From Escherichia coli (lineage in GTDB: Bacteria > Pseudomonadota > Gammaproteobacteria > Enterobacterales > Enterobacteriaceae), in assembly GCF_003334405.1 (NCBI RefSeq), contig NZ_QOWM01000020.1: a DNA stretch of 60,030 nt. One strand, 5' to 3'. Under the pieces are notes generated by a model. That model saw only the letters and a program-made list of their open reading frames with translations. It was not told the origin of the DNA and searched no databases. Positions 35,685 through 45,398 of the stretch are shown here, piece after piece; position 1 is the first letter of the stretch; each line of letters starts with the position of its first letter. Made by a program: the position numbers and the translations under genes.

Positions 35685-36692
35685 ATGAAGATAATCTGCA
35701 GATTATTATTGGCGATGGCATGTTTGTGTCTGGCAAACATATCCTGGGCTACTGTTTGTGCAAATAGTACTGGCGTAGCAGAAGATGAACACTATGATCT
35801 CTCAAATATCTTTAATAGCACCAATAACCAGCCAGGGCAGATTGTTGTTTTACCGGAAAAATCCGGCTGGGTAGGTGTCTCAGCAATTTGTCCACCCGGC
35901 ACGCTGGTGAATTATACATACCGTAGTTATGTCACCAACTTTATTGTTCAGGAAACTATCGATAATTATAAATATATGCAATTAAATGATTATCTATTAG
36001 GTGCGATGAGTCTGGTTGATAGTGTTATGGATATTCAGTTCCCCCCGCAAAATTATATTCGGATGGGAACAGATCCTAACGTTTCGCAAAACCTTCCATT
36101 CGGGGTGATGGATTCTCGTTTAATATTTCGTTTAAAGGTTATTCGTCCCTTTATTAACATGGTGGAGATCCCCAGACAGGTGATGTTTACCGTGTATGTG
36201 ACATCAACGCCTTACGATCCGTTGGTTACACCTGTTTATACCATTAGTTTTGGTGGCCGGGTTGAAGTACCGCAAAACTGCGAATTAAATGCCGGGCAGA
36301 TTGTTGAATTTGATTTTGGTGATATCGGCGCATCGTTATTTAGTGCGGCAGGGCCGGGTAATCGACCTGCTGGTGTCATGCCGCAAACCAAGAGCATTGC
36401 GGTCAAATGTACGAATGTTGCTGCGCAGGCTTATTTAACAATGCGTCTGGAAGCCAGTGCCGTTTCTGGTCAGGCGATGGTGTCGGACAATCAGGATTTA
36501 GGTTTTATTGTCGCCGATCAGAACGATACGCCGATCACGCCTAACGATCTCAATAGCGTTATTCCTTTCCGTCTGGATGCAGCTGCGGCAGCCAATGTCA
36601 CACTTCGCGCCTGGCCTATCAGTATTACCGGTCAAAAACCGACCGAAGGGCCGTTTAGCGCGCTGGGGTATTTACGCGTCGATTATCAATGA
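35685..36692 (+). CDS. sfmH: Fimbrial adhesin-like subunit
   Basis: 335 aa with signal peptide; FimH-like position in the operon. Confidence 0.8.
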   Translation: MKIICRLLLAMACLCLANISWATVCANSTGVAEDEHYDLSNIFNSTNNQPGQIVVLPEKSGWVGVSAICPPGTLVNYTYRSYVTNFIVQETIDNYKYMQLNDYLLGAMSLVDSVMDIQFPPQNYIRMGTDPNVSQNLPFGVMDSRLIFRLKVIRPFINMVEIPRQVMFTVYVTSTPYDPLVTPVYTISFGGRVEVPQNCELNAGQIVEFDFGDIGASLFSAAGPGNRPAGVMPQTKSIAVKCTNVAAQAYLTMRLEASAVSGQAMVSDNQDLGFIVADQNDTPITPNDLNSVIPFRLDAAAAANVTLRAWPISITGQKPTEGPFSALGYLRVDYQ

Positions 36693-36702
36693 GGTACGGA
36701 GA

Positions 36703-37218
36703 ATGAGAAGAGTACTCTTTAGCTGTTTCTGCGGGCTACTGTGGAGTTCCAGTGGATGGGCAGTTGACCCTTTAGGAACGATTAATATCAATTTGCACGG
36801 TAACGTTGTTGATTTCTCCTGTACCGTAAACACAGCGGATATTGATAAGACGGTAGATTTAGGCAGATGGCCTACGACACAACTACTGAACGCTGGCGAT
36901 ACCACGGCACTCGTCCCTTTTAGCCTGCGGCTGGAGGGATGTCCTCCGGGTTCAGTTGCGATTTTATTTACGGGAACGCCGGCATCCGATACCAACCTGC
37001 TGGCTCTGGATGATCCCGCAATGGCACAAACCGTCGCCATCGAATTACGTAATAGCGATCGCTCCCGGCTCGCACTGGGGGAGGCGAGCCCGACTGAGGA
37101 AGTAGATGCAAATGGCAATGTCACACTAAACTTTTTTGCCAATTATCGAGCGTTAGCCAGCGGTGTTCGGCCAGGTGTGGCGAAAGCGGATGCGATATTT
37201 ATGATCAATTATAATTAA
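36703..37218 (+). CDS. sfmF: Fimbrial minor subunit
   Basis: ~171 aa from MRRVLFSCFCGLLWSSSGWA. Confidence 0.8.
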   Translation: MRRVLFSCFCGLLWSSSGWAVDPLGTININLHGNVVDFSCTVNTADIDKTVDLGRWPTTQLLNAGDTTALVPFSLRLEGCPPGSVAILFTGTPASDTNLLALDDPAMAQTVAIELRNSDRSRLALGEASPTEEVDANGNVTLNFFANYRALASGVRPGVAKADAIFMINYN

Positions 37219-37220
37219 TA

Positions 37221-37853
37221 TTATATTAATTCGTATAATTTGGCGTAGTCGATAAGCTCTACAATTGAATGCAAACCTAGCTTGCCATAAATATTAGATT
37301 TATGCGCACTAACTGTTTTATTGCTAAGTAATAACTTATCGGCAATTTCTTTATTAGATAATCCGCTAACCAGATAACGTAATATGGTCACTTCACGATT
37401 AGATAGCACAGTGACCGTTGAACTATTCGTACTACATTTATTGCTTTTTATATAGTTAAGCGTTTCGCTGGGAAAAAACGTGTATCCGGAGAGGATCATC
37501 TGAACGGCATGAAAAATATCATTCTGATCATTGCATTTACTGACAAAACCGTTAGCACCAGCTTGTATCGCTCTGCCAGCATAAAAGCATTCTGATTTCG
37601 ATGATAAAAATAACACTTTCACTGTGCTCTGGATTTGTTTGATCCTTTTCAGGAAGGTAAAACCGTCTGTTCCGGGCAAGTCTATATCCATAATGATTAA
37701 ATCAACAGGACGGGTTCGGAGATAATCGATGGTTATGCGATAATCATCCGTTTTCAGGACAATCTGCAATTCACTGTTTTTTTGCAACAGAACTTCAATA
37801 GACATTCTGATGATAGGATGAGTATCCATAATGATCACCGACGTTGGTTTCAT
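37221..37853 (-). CDS. fimZ: LuxR/NarL-family response regulator of fimbrial expression
   Basis: ~210 aa from MKPTSVIIMDTHPI; receiver domain plus C-terminal LuxR HTH. Confidence 0.85.
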   Translation of the reverse strand: MKPTSVIIMDTHPIIRMSIEVLLQKNSELQIVLKTDDYRITIDYLRTRPVDLIIMDIDLPGTDGFTFLKRIKQIQSTVKVLFLSSKSECFYAGRAIQAGANGFVSKCNDQNDIFHAVQMILSGYTFFPSETLNYIKSNKCSTNSSTVTVLSNREVTILRYLVSGLSNKEIADKLLLSNKTVSAHKSNIYGKLGLHSIVELIDYAKLYELI

Positions 37854-38036
37854 AGTTACCAGTCTCATAGGAGCGGACAATTTTCCGTTAGGTCGGGAAA
37901 TTGTACTTTGATACATGAAAATACGGGTTTTCTTGATTCAGACGCGCAGCGGTGTGCGTTTGTTTGCCGCTATAGCGAAATAAATCAGAAAATCAGACGC
38001 GGTCGTTCACTTGTTCAGCAACCAGATCAAAAGCCA

Positions 38037-38064
38037 TTGACTCAGCAAGGGTTGACCGTATAAT
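38037..38064 (+). promoter_or_regulatory. Candidate sigma70 promoter for argU
   Basis: TTGACT (38037-42), 16-bp spacer, TATAAT (38059-64), about 30 bp upstream of the tRNA 5' end. Confidence 0.45.
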
Positions 38065-38095
38065 TCACGCGATTACACCGCATTGCGGTATCAAC

Positions 38096-38172
38096 GCGCC
38101 CTTAGCTCAGTTGGATAGAGCAACGACCTTCTAAGTCGTGGGCCGCAGGTTCGAATCCTGCAGGGCGCGCCA
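38096..38172 (+). tRNA. argU: tRNA-Arg (anticodon UCU)
   Basis: 77-nt cloverleaf GCGCCCTTAGCTCAGTTGGATAGAGC...CTTCTAAGTCG...GGTTCGAATCCTGCAGGGCGCGCCA with anticodon loop cuUCUaa and encoded CCA. Confidence 0.9.
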
Positions 38173-38217
38173 TTTCTTCCTCATTTATGCCCGTCTTATC
38201 CGTTTCCGCTTTGCCCT

Positions 38218-38979
38218 TCACCACATCACTTTTTGTCGCTGTTTGGCGAGATAATTCAACGGTGTCAGGCCGTAAAACGCCTTAAAAACAGAGATAAAGT
38301 ACGACGTGCTGCTATAGCCACATAATTGCGCCACCTGAGTGATATTTTTGTTATCCATCAATAACATCTGTACGGCGTAACGCATACGACACTCTGTGAC
38401 AATCTGGCTATAGCTGGTATTTTCGTTTTTTAATTTCTTTTTGAGCAGGCTGGGGCTTAAACATAGCGAACTGGCGACAATTCGCAGATTCCAGTAATGC
38501 TGAATATCGCTTTGAATAATGCGGCAGACGCTGTCGCGGACGCTGCTGCGTAAGATATACATCAGTAGGGCAATAAACCGCGATTGCTCAAGAAAGTTAG
38601 ACAATACGGTAAAAAGCAATGCGCGCGTCAACTCCGCTTCGCAGGGTCTGCTGGGTTGCTGCTTGCTGTGGTTGGCGGCTAGCCGGAACACTTCCGGTGT
38701 ACGGCTATGACAAGCGATAACCGGGGTTGCCAGCCGCGACCAGGGCTTTACACAGGTTAAGTTCTTATTTAAAAACAACAGATAATCGTTGATGATGTTA
38801 CGGTTGATGTGGGTGATTAATACGTGATTTAACGTTGAGAGTTCAATGACGTTATTGTTGCACGCGAAGGCGGCCAGGTAGTTTTTCGGAAGGGTAAACG
38901 TAGCATGGTTATTGACGCTTACCTCTACCTCTTTTTCGGTCAGGATCACCACGCAAGGTTCACTGCTGCTCAATTGCAT
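38218..38979 (-). CDS. envY: AraC-family transcriptional regulator (porin thermoregulation)
   Basis: 253 aa; C-terminal AraC-type HTH. Confidence 0.85.
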   Translation of the reverse strand: MQLSSSEPCVVILTEKEVEVSVNNHATFTLPKNYLAAFACNNNVIELSTLNHVLITHINRNIINDYLLFLNKNLTCVKPWSRLATPVIACHSRTPEVFRLAANHSKQQPSRPCEAELTRALLFTVLSNFLEQSRFIALLMYILRSSVRDSVCRIIQSDIQHYWNLRIVASSLCLSPSLLKKKLKNENTSYSQIVTECRMRYAVQMLLMDNKNITQVAQLCGYSSTSYFISVFKAFYGLTPLNYLAKQRQKVMW

Positions 38980-39161
38980 TTCGCACTCCTCAGATATCAG
39001 AAACTCCGCTCAAAGGATCTATGCTTCCTGCATGAGTGATCGGCCCGTTCGCCGATAACGATCTTCTTTCTTTAGCACGCTTTTTAGCAATTAATCTTGA
39101 TGGAATTCTGATGAGAGCGAAAGAGGTAAGCCAGGTCGTACCCGACTTACCTGGAGGAGAT

Positions 39162-40052
39162 TTAATACTCGAGAATGCCGTGCGCGACGGGCAAATAGCG
39201 CAGAGAGAAATAGAGAGTGTCTTTACCGCAAGAGGAACGTTTCGCTAACAGCGAGGCAATTTCTGCGTCCGGTTTCGGTTTCGCTGTAAAGGTTTTGCCT
39301 TTGCCGGCGACAAAAAGTTCATAAACAACGCCGCTGGCAGGGGCGGGACTTTGGCAATCGGCGCTGGCCTGTAAATAACGTTCACGCTGTTCAGCGGTCA
39401 GTTTATCCACGCCGCTGCCATCCTGTACCCAGACATTAACGCCGGTTGCTTTAACGTGTTCCAGCAGTTGGCGATAGCCATCGGGCGACATGTTTCCGGC
39501 GAAAAAACTACTGATATAAACCGGTTTTGCTGAAACATCGCTAATCAGCCGCTGCGCGTTGTTTAACCATGTTAGCAAAGGCTGACGGGCGGCTTCGCTG
39601 CGCCAGTTCAGGTCGTCAATTTCCGCGCTGATGTACCAGCCATCCGGCGTTATGCCAGGCGCGGCGCTCCATAATCTGGCTTGCTGGAGATCGGCAGCCA
39701 GCAGGCGATTAAGATAGCTTTCCAGCGCTGCGGACGACTGTTTCTGGTGCATAAAAAATTCCGGATCGGCGTTCAGCCCGACAATAAGCTTCAGACCAGC
39801 CTGTTGCGCAGCTGCGGCCCGCTTAAACAATAACGTGCGCTGTTCTGGCTGGGTAAATGCATCGCCGTAACGGGTCCATTGCAAAACAAGGGTATCGAAG
39901 CCTTGCAAACGTAACTGACTCATCAGCCCCTGCCACTGGGTATCGGTAACCTGACTATCTCGGTTTTGTGGTTGCCAGATAATACCTTTCATCGCAAAGG
40001 AAAAAGGGCTGACCAAAAGCAGTGTCAGCAATACGAAAATGAACTTACGCAT
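39162..40052 (-). CDS. ybcH: Periplasmic protein of the nfr locus (YbcH), secreted
   Basis: 296 aa with signal peptide MRKFIFVLLTLLLVSPFSFA; directly downstream of nfrA. Confidence 0.8.
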   Translation of the reverse strand: MRKFIFVLLTLLLVSPFSFAMKGIIWQPQNRDSQVTDTQWQGLMSQLRLQGFDTLVLQWTRYGDAFTQPEQRTLLFKRAAAAQQAGLKLIVGLNADPEFFMHQKQSSAALESYLNRLLAADLQQARLWSAAPGITPDGWYISAEIDDLNWRSEAARQPLLTWLNNAQRLISDVSAKPVYISSFFAGNMSPDGYRQLLEHVKATGVNVWVQDGSGVDKLTAEQRERYLQASADCQSPAPASGVVYELFVAGKGKTFTAKPKPDAEIASLLAKRSSCGKDTLYFSLRYLPVAHGILEY

Positions 40053-43025
40053 TTACCAGTGCACTCCAATGGTGAGAAACGCGTTGTTGCGCTCTCCGTT
40101 ACGTTGATTAATCGCCTTAAAGGTATGTTGATACTCGACGCCGAGACTGACTTTGTGCGGCCAGGCGTCGTAGTGCGTCTCGCCGGTCCAGATATTCCAG
40201 CGGACCCCGACTCCGCCAAGCTGCGCGCCCTGAGTGCCTTTATCACGATAGCCGTTGTCCTGAACGTGAGCGTAAGGCTCAATAGTCTGTCCGTTAGCTA
40301 CCTTCTGATGCCAGCTGACGCGATAATCTGCCGTCCACGCCTGAATATCCTGGCGGATATATTGCGCCGCATCGAGGTACAGGTTTTGGGCAAACCAGCC
40401 TGAACCGTTCGGGTGCCATTCGTCGCTGTATTTGCCGCCATTAAAGAATGAGGCGCTGGCGCGCAGCATGGTATCGGATGCGCCATTTTGGCCGTTCAGC
40501 GGCAACTGCTGTTCGACGGCGATGAAAAAGATCTGATCGCGCAGCGGCTTCCAGCGCAGACCGGTGCCGGACATCGGATTTTTCACCGGCATCATCACCC
40601 CGTTTTCTCCGGTATCGGCAAAGACGCGGCTATAAACTGAGAGCAGGTCGCCTTCCAGCAGCATATTGCGTCCGATGCGGTACTCGGCTTCCAGTTGTCC
40701 GTAGCTACGATAGCTTTTCCCTGGCGCTGCGCCGCCGACATTATTGTTAGCGGTACTCATTGCGCCGGAACGCAAGCCGATGGAAGAATCGAAACTGAAC
40801 GTCCAGCGGCGACCGACCTCCTCATGCAAACGGCGGAAATTGAAGCGTTGTTGATTTTGTTCTGGGGTCAGTGGGGTTATCAGCGCCTGATTATCAATGT
40901 CATCAATCACCAGCCGGGCGTAGTGCTGCGTCGCAGGCATGTCATCCAGACGCTGGTTCACGTAGGCCAGTTGTCGGATCAGTGCCGGATCGTCCGGAAG
41001 CCCTTTATGCGCCGGTTCGAGCATTTCCCGCGACTGTGCGATATCACCGCTATCCCACAAGGCGTAACCAAGCGCTGCCTGGGTGTTGCTATTATTCGGT
41101 TCCAGTTCCAGCGCGGCGCGCAAATCACTCACCGCGGCCGGGACATTATGACGTTGGCGATAAATTGTCGCCCGCGCAACGTAAGCGTTGGCAGAAGGCG
41201 CAATATTGATTGAGCGCGTGAGATCGTTCAGTGCGAGTTCCGGCTGACCAGGAATGTAACGTTGCGCATGCAGCCACCAGTAGAGGGCATTGCTTCCCAG
41301 TCCACGTTTTTCTGCCTGTTGTAGCCAGCGATCGCGAGCCGCACCATTTCCTGCCGCCTGGGCGGTATTGGCAGCAGCAAGCAGATCCTCATTGCTCATG
41401 TCGTGAAGACTGATTTTCTGCCAGGCCGCCAGTGCGGTGGCGTAGTCCTCAACCTGATACGCCTGATAGGCTACCGCACGATGTTGCCAGGCGCTCGGTT
41501 GTCGTTGTTCGGCCTGAAGCCATGCATACAACGCCACACCGGGTAGCGTGTCCCGATAACACTTTGCCAGACGGTTCCAGGCGGCGGCATCGTAGGAAGG
41601 CGACATATCGCCCAGCAAGCGAACTATTGCCGGGCAATTATCTGCAATACCCGGCAACTGACTTTGCCACTGATGTTGCTCCGCCAGCGGTAAGGGTTTC
41701 GATAAAATCGCCACCTTCGCCGGCGTTGCCAGGTAAGGATGACTTTCCAGCAGAGACGCCAGTCGCGCCATTAAAGTCTGGCTGACACGCGCATCGCCCT
41801 GGAAAGGATAGCGTTGCAGCAATAAATCGGCAGCTTCGCGTGACTGCTCGTTCTGCATCAGTTGCCAGGTTAGTTGATCCAGGCGGGTAAGATTTGCCGG
41901 TTCTTGCTGATACAGCAATCGTGCCAGACGCAGAGCTTCAGCCTTGTTACGGGTCGCCACGCTGACAGCATAACGCTCCTCAAGCATTTCATTGGCGGGG
42001 AGGGTGGCGAGCAGTTTTTGCGCTGCGTCGTACTGACCTTCTTTTAACAGCACCGGTAGCGTCGCGCCAACAACATACTGGCGGTTGTCGGCAAACTGTA
42101 CCGTATAATTCGCCAACGCCTGAACGGGGTTAGCGCTGTATTTAGATAACAGATAGAGCCAACTTTTCTCTTGTGCGTCCGTGGTAAATAGTGGCTTATT
42201 TTCAATGAGATAATGCTGGAGGCGTGCTTTTTCGCCACGATAAGCCAGCGCGGTCGCGTAAGTAATATATGACTGAGGATCGGTGAAGATCCCCTGTGAT
42301 TGCAGTGCCAGGATCCGATCGTCCAGCTGCCCGGCAAGAAGCACGTCAAACCACTGACGGCGTTCTGCCGCGCTTAATGTGTTCTGCTGGCGTGCTTCAT
42401 TGTATAGCGTATCTGCCTGGGACCATTGTTTCAGGTAGATTGCCCGTTGCAGCAGATCGGTTCGCAGCGTTTTTCCTTCCGGCGATGCAGCAAACGTCGC
42501 ATCGTTCAGTTGCGCTCTGGCGACAGGTAACTGTGCCAGCCGCAGGGCATTCTGCCCGACTTCACTGCGACAACGCAGGGTCGGCGCAGCATCGCACGCT
42601 TTTTGCTGGGCAAGCAGTTCTTCAACTGTCGTAACGCTTTTCACTTCAACCGGAATAGCCGCCAGACTGCGCTCAAGTCGGGCATCTCCTGGGTGACGTT
42701 TCAGTTGATCCTCAAGCAACAGCCGCGCCCGGTCATCATGACCAAAATGGCGATAGGCTTCCGCAAGGTATAAAGTCAGCGGAATATTATCCGGCACCTG
42801 CTGGTGTATATATTCAAATTCGCGGATGGCGGTTGCTTCGTCGTTATTTTTCTGTGCCTTCAGCGCTTTATCGAGACGGGGATAAATAACAAAATGGCGA
42901 TAATCGCTCAGCCCCAGCTCTTCTGCGCTGGTGCCGATATTGTCTGCGAGTGCGCTGGTACTCAATAAAGACGTCAGCAGTAAACCAGACCATCCGATGA
43001 CGCGATTAAGGTTATTCTCCTTCAT
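40053..43025 (-). CDS. nfrA: Outer-membrane phage N4 adsorption protein A (TPR-rich periplasmic domain plus C-terminal beta-barrel)
   Basis: ~990 aa; signal peptide; ends ...FLTIGVHW (aromatic C-terminus typical of OM barrels). Confidence 0.85.
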   Translation of the reverse strand: MKENNLNRVIGWSGLLLTSLLSTSALADNIGTSAEELGLSDYRHFVIYPRLDKALKAQKNNDEATAIREFEYIHQQVPDNIPLTLYLAEAYRHFGHDDRARLLLEDQLKRHPGDARLERSLAAIPVEVKSVTTVEELLAQQKACDAAPTLRCRSEVGQNALRLAQLPVARAQLNDATFAASPEGKTLRTDLLQRAIYLKQWSQADTLYNEARQQNTLSAAERRQWFDVLLAGQLDDRILALQSQGIFTDPQSYITYATALAYRGEKARLQHYLIENKPLFTTDAQEKSWLYLLSKYSANPVQALANYTVQFADNRQYVVGATLPVLLKEGQYDAAQKLLATLPANEMLEERYAVSVATRNKAEALRLARLLYQQEPANLTRLDQLTWQLMQNEQSREAADLLLQRYPFQGDARVSQTLMARLASLLESHPYLATPAKVAILSKPLPLAEQHQWQSQLPGIADNCPAIVRLLGDMSPSYDAAAWNRLAKCYRDTLPGVALYAWLQAEQRQPSAWQHRAVAYQAYQVEDYATALAAWQKISLHDMSNEDLLAAANTAQAAGNGAARDRWLQQAEKRGLGSNALYWWLHAQRYIPGQPELALNDLTRSINIAPSANAYVARATIYRQRHNVPAAVSDLRAALELEPNNSNTQAALGYALWDSGDIAQSREMLEPAHKGLPDDPALIRQLAYVNQRLDDMPATQHYARLVIDDIDNQALITPLTPEQNQQRFNFRRLHEEVGRRWTFSFDSSIGLRSGAMSTANNNVGGAAPGKSYRSYGQLEAEYRIGRNMLLEGDLLSVYSRVFADTGENGVMMPVKNPMSGTGLRWKPLRDQIFFIAVEQQLPLNGQNGASDTMLRASASFFNGGKYSDEWHPNGSGWFAQNLYLDAAQYIRQDIQAWTADYRVSWHQKVANGQTIEPYAHVQDNGYRDKGTQGAQLGGVGVRWNIWTGETHYDAWPHKVSLGVEYQHTFKAINQRNGERNNAFLTIGVHW

Positions 43026-45249
43026 TTTCGGACTCCAGTTGCGCAACCTGTTCTGTGTTTAAACCTGCTTTGAGTAATAGTGATTGCATCGAAACTTGTA
43101 ATTCGCGTTGAATTGTCAGGACGCGATCCAACGTTTCCTGGCTGATAACGCCTTCGGTGACCAAAAACTTGCCGAGCGGCAGAGAACTGCGTTCATGGCG
43201 CAATAACAACACGTTAATTGCTGAACGATTAATATGACCGAGCGTGGTCAGTATTTCGGCGAACAGGAACTGATGCGGCACATATTGCCGCCAGATTTCA
43301 CCGGCCTGCTGTTCCGTGAGCCACTGATGCTGAACCGCATTGTACAACATTGCCCGCGGATCGTGACCGCGTCGGCGTGCATACCAGTGACGTAACCCTG
43401 TGACAATTTGTCCCCGCAGAACAATGACGTAACGCACTTTGCGTCCGACTTTACGCGTCAGGGCCGCCAGCGAAACCGGGTCAATACCATCTTCACTGCC
43501 GACAATTAACTCGTCATTTTCCAGACGCAGCGGCAGTACCGCATAATGCAGCGCCACGGAGGCCGGCATTTCGGCAATCAGCGAGGAAGGGATCTGCCAG
43601 GCATCGATGGATTCCCACGCCACGCCGTTTTGCTCTGCCAGCGCCTGTGCCAGCTGCTCGGCGCTAATCAGCCCCTGCATCAGCATTGAACCGCCCAGGC
43701 GTAGACCTTCGACGCGATTACGCAGTGCTGTATCGAGTTGTTCTTCAGTGATGACCTGATTTTCCAGCAGAATTTGACCTAACGGGCGCAACGAGCGGGT
43801 ATCGCCAGTCACGCTGGGGAAGTCATGCGTTGTTTTATCCCACGCCACGCGACGTGGATCGCCGTGTTGAAGTACCTGTTTTAGCGCGCGCCAGTTGGCC
43901 ATGAAGTTAATCAGGTTGCCCCAGAAAAGACGCAGGACGGAAAGCAGCCCCTGCGTCAGGCCGTAGTAGCCAGTAACGAAAATCACCCGCTGCACGATGC
44001 GGTTAACCATCAAACCAAAGTTTAGCCACAGCAGGGTCATTAACCATGCGCTGCCGCTGAAAATAGAAAGGAAATGCCAGGCATCGGGCCACAAACTTTC
44101 ATACGCCAGCAACAGCAAAAGCTGGATCATCACCAGCATCGCGAGGAAGCTGACAAAGTTACTGATTGCCCCTTTGCGGTCGCGCCAGAGAAAGTAGTTC
44201 AGCGTCAGGCTGGAGGTCCATTTATGGGTTTTAAAGCCTTGGAAAACAATGCCGATGATCCAGCGGGATTTTTGTCGAACCGCAGTCGAAAAGGTATCGG
44301 GGAAATATTCGCGCACGCAGATCATGTTTGATGTCCGCGCGTGCTGTAAAAATTTACGCTGCTCGCGTTCTTTGGCTTCGTCCACCACCGGAAAACGGAC
44401 AAAAATTTCCGTCATACCTTTTTCTTTCAGGCGGAAGCCAATGTCGTAATCTTCAGTAAGACTCTGCACGTCGAAAGCAATACCGTCACCGTCAGCTAAC
44501 AGTGCGGTCACGGCGCGGCGGCTGAAACAGGTGCCGACGCCTGCGCTGGGCACTTGTCCGGCGAGGGCTTCACGCACCGGAACATCTTTGCCATGCAGCT
44601 CTGAAAACTCATCAATGTAAGTCATGCTGGTGAAGTGCGTCCATTCGCGTTCGAACGGATACACCGGGATCTGAATCAGATCTTTACGCTCGACCAGATA
44701 GTTGAACAGACGCAATTCCATCGGTGAAATCACATCTTCGGCGTCATGCAGAATAAAACCAGCAAAAGCGAAATTGGCGCTACGCTCAAATTGGGTGATG
44801 GCGTCCAGCACGTTGTTCAGACAGTCGGCTTTGCTGGTGGGGCCAGGACGCGCGCAGACTACCTTATGCACATTCGGGAAGCGAGCGCACACTTCGTCAA
44901 CATCACGCTGAGTATCGGGGGCGTTGGGGTAGGTGCCAACAAAGATATGATAGTTTTCGTAGTCGAGCGTGGTCGCCGCCAGCTCGGCCATATTGCCGAT
45001 GACGCCCGTTTCATTCCACGCCGGAACCATAATCGCTAACGGTTTTTCATCTGGTTTATACAGTTCGCGGTAACTCATTCGCGGGTAGCGGCGATAAACA
45101 CTCAACTTGCGTTTAATGCGGCGTACCCAGTAGACGACATCAATAAAAAAATCGTCCAGCCCGCTGATGAACATGATGACCGCTAACGTTATCGCGATTA
45201 CTTTTAAGCCGTAGAGCCAGGTAGCAAAAACATCAAGAAGCCAGTCCAC
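43012..45249 (-). CDS. nfrB: Inner-membrane family-2 glycosyltransferase with C-terminal MshEN-type c-di-GMP-binding motifs (phage N4 adsorption protein B)
   Basis: 745 aa; N-terminal TM helix; GT2 D-x-D-type motif (ILHDAEDVIS); C-terminal repeats RLGGSMLMQGLISAEQLAQALAEQ and LGKFLVTEGVISQETLDRVLTIQ; 14-nt overlap with nfrA. Confidence 0.85.
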   Translation of the reverse strand: MDWLLDVFATWLYGLKVIAITLAVIMFISGLDDFFIDVVYWVRRIKRKLSVYRRYPRMSYRELYKPDEKPLAIMVPAWNETGVIGNMAELAATTLDYENYHIFVGTYPNAPDTQRDVDEVCARFPNVHKVVCARPGPTSKADCLNNVLDAITQFERSANFAFAGFILHDAEDVISPMELRLFNYLVERKDLIQIPVYPFEREWTHFTSMTYIDEFSELHGKDVPVREALAGQVPSAGVGTCFSRRAVTALLADGDGIAFDVQSLTEDYDIGFRLKEKGMTEIFVRFPVVDEAKEREQRKFLQHARTSNMICVREYFPDTFSTAVRQKSRWIIGIVFQGFKTHKWTSSLTLNYFLWRDRKGAISNFVSFLAMLVMIQLLLLLAYESLWPDAWHFLSIFSGSAWLMTLLWLNFGLMVNRIVQRVIFVTGYYGLTQGLLSVLRLFWGNLINFMANWRALKQVLQHGDPRRVAWDKTTHDFPSVTGDTRSLRPLGQILLENQVITEEQLDTALRNRVEGLRLGGSMLMQGLISAEQLAQALAEQNGVAWESIDAWQIPSSLIAEMPASVALHYAVLPLRLENDELIVGSEDGIDPVSLAALTRKVGRKVRYVIVLRGQIVTGLRHWYARRRGHDPRAMLYNAVQHQWLTEQQAGEIWRQYVPHQFLFAEILTTLGHINRSAINVLLLRHERSSLPLGKFLVTEGVISQETLDRVLTIQRELQVSMQSLLLKAGLNTEQVAQLESENEGE

Positions 45250-45398
45250 ACAAAAACCTTACATTAACGCTGGTTATGTTTAGGGTGGCGTATATTAAGG
45301 TTTTTTATGAATTGTGACAGCTTTTTACCATTAATAGGTATGACTATTGCGGCACGTTATTTTTACACTGGTTATAAAAGTTGCCGTTTGCTGAAGGA

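Noticed and set aside
38173-38217. Searched for an integrase or prophage remnant 3' of argU
   Set aside because: Only ~45 bp separate the tRNA from envY, and no integrase-like ORF is present; the site is unoccupied.
40695-41785. Several 100-170-aa plus-strand ORFs within nfrA
   Set aside because: Antisense to nfrA, Arg/Pro-rich, with no independent signals; spurious frames in GC-rich coding DNA.
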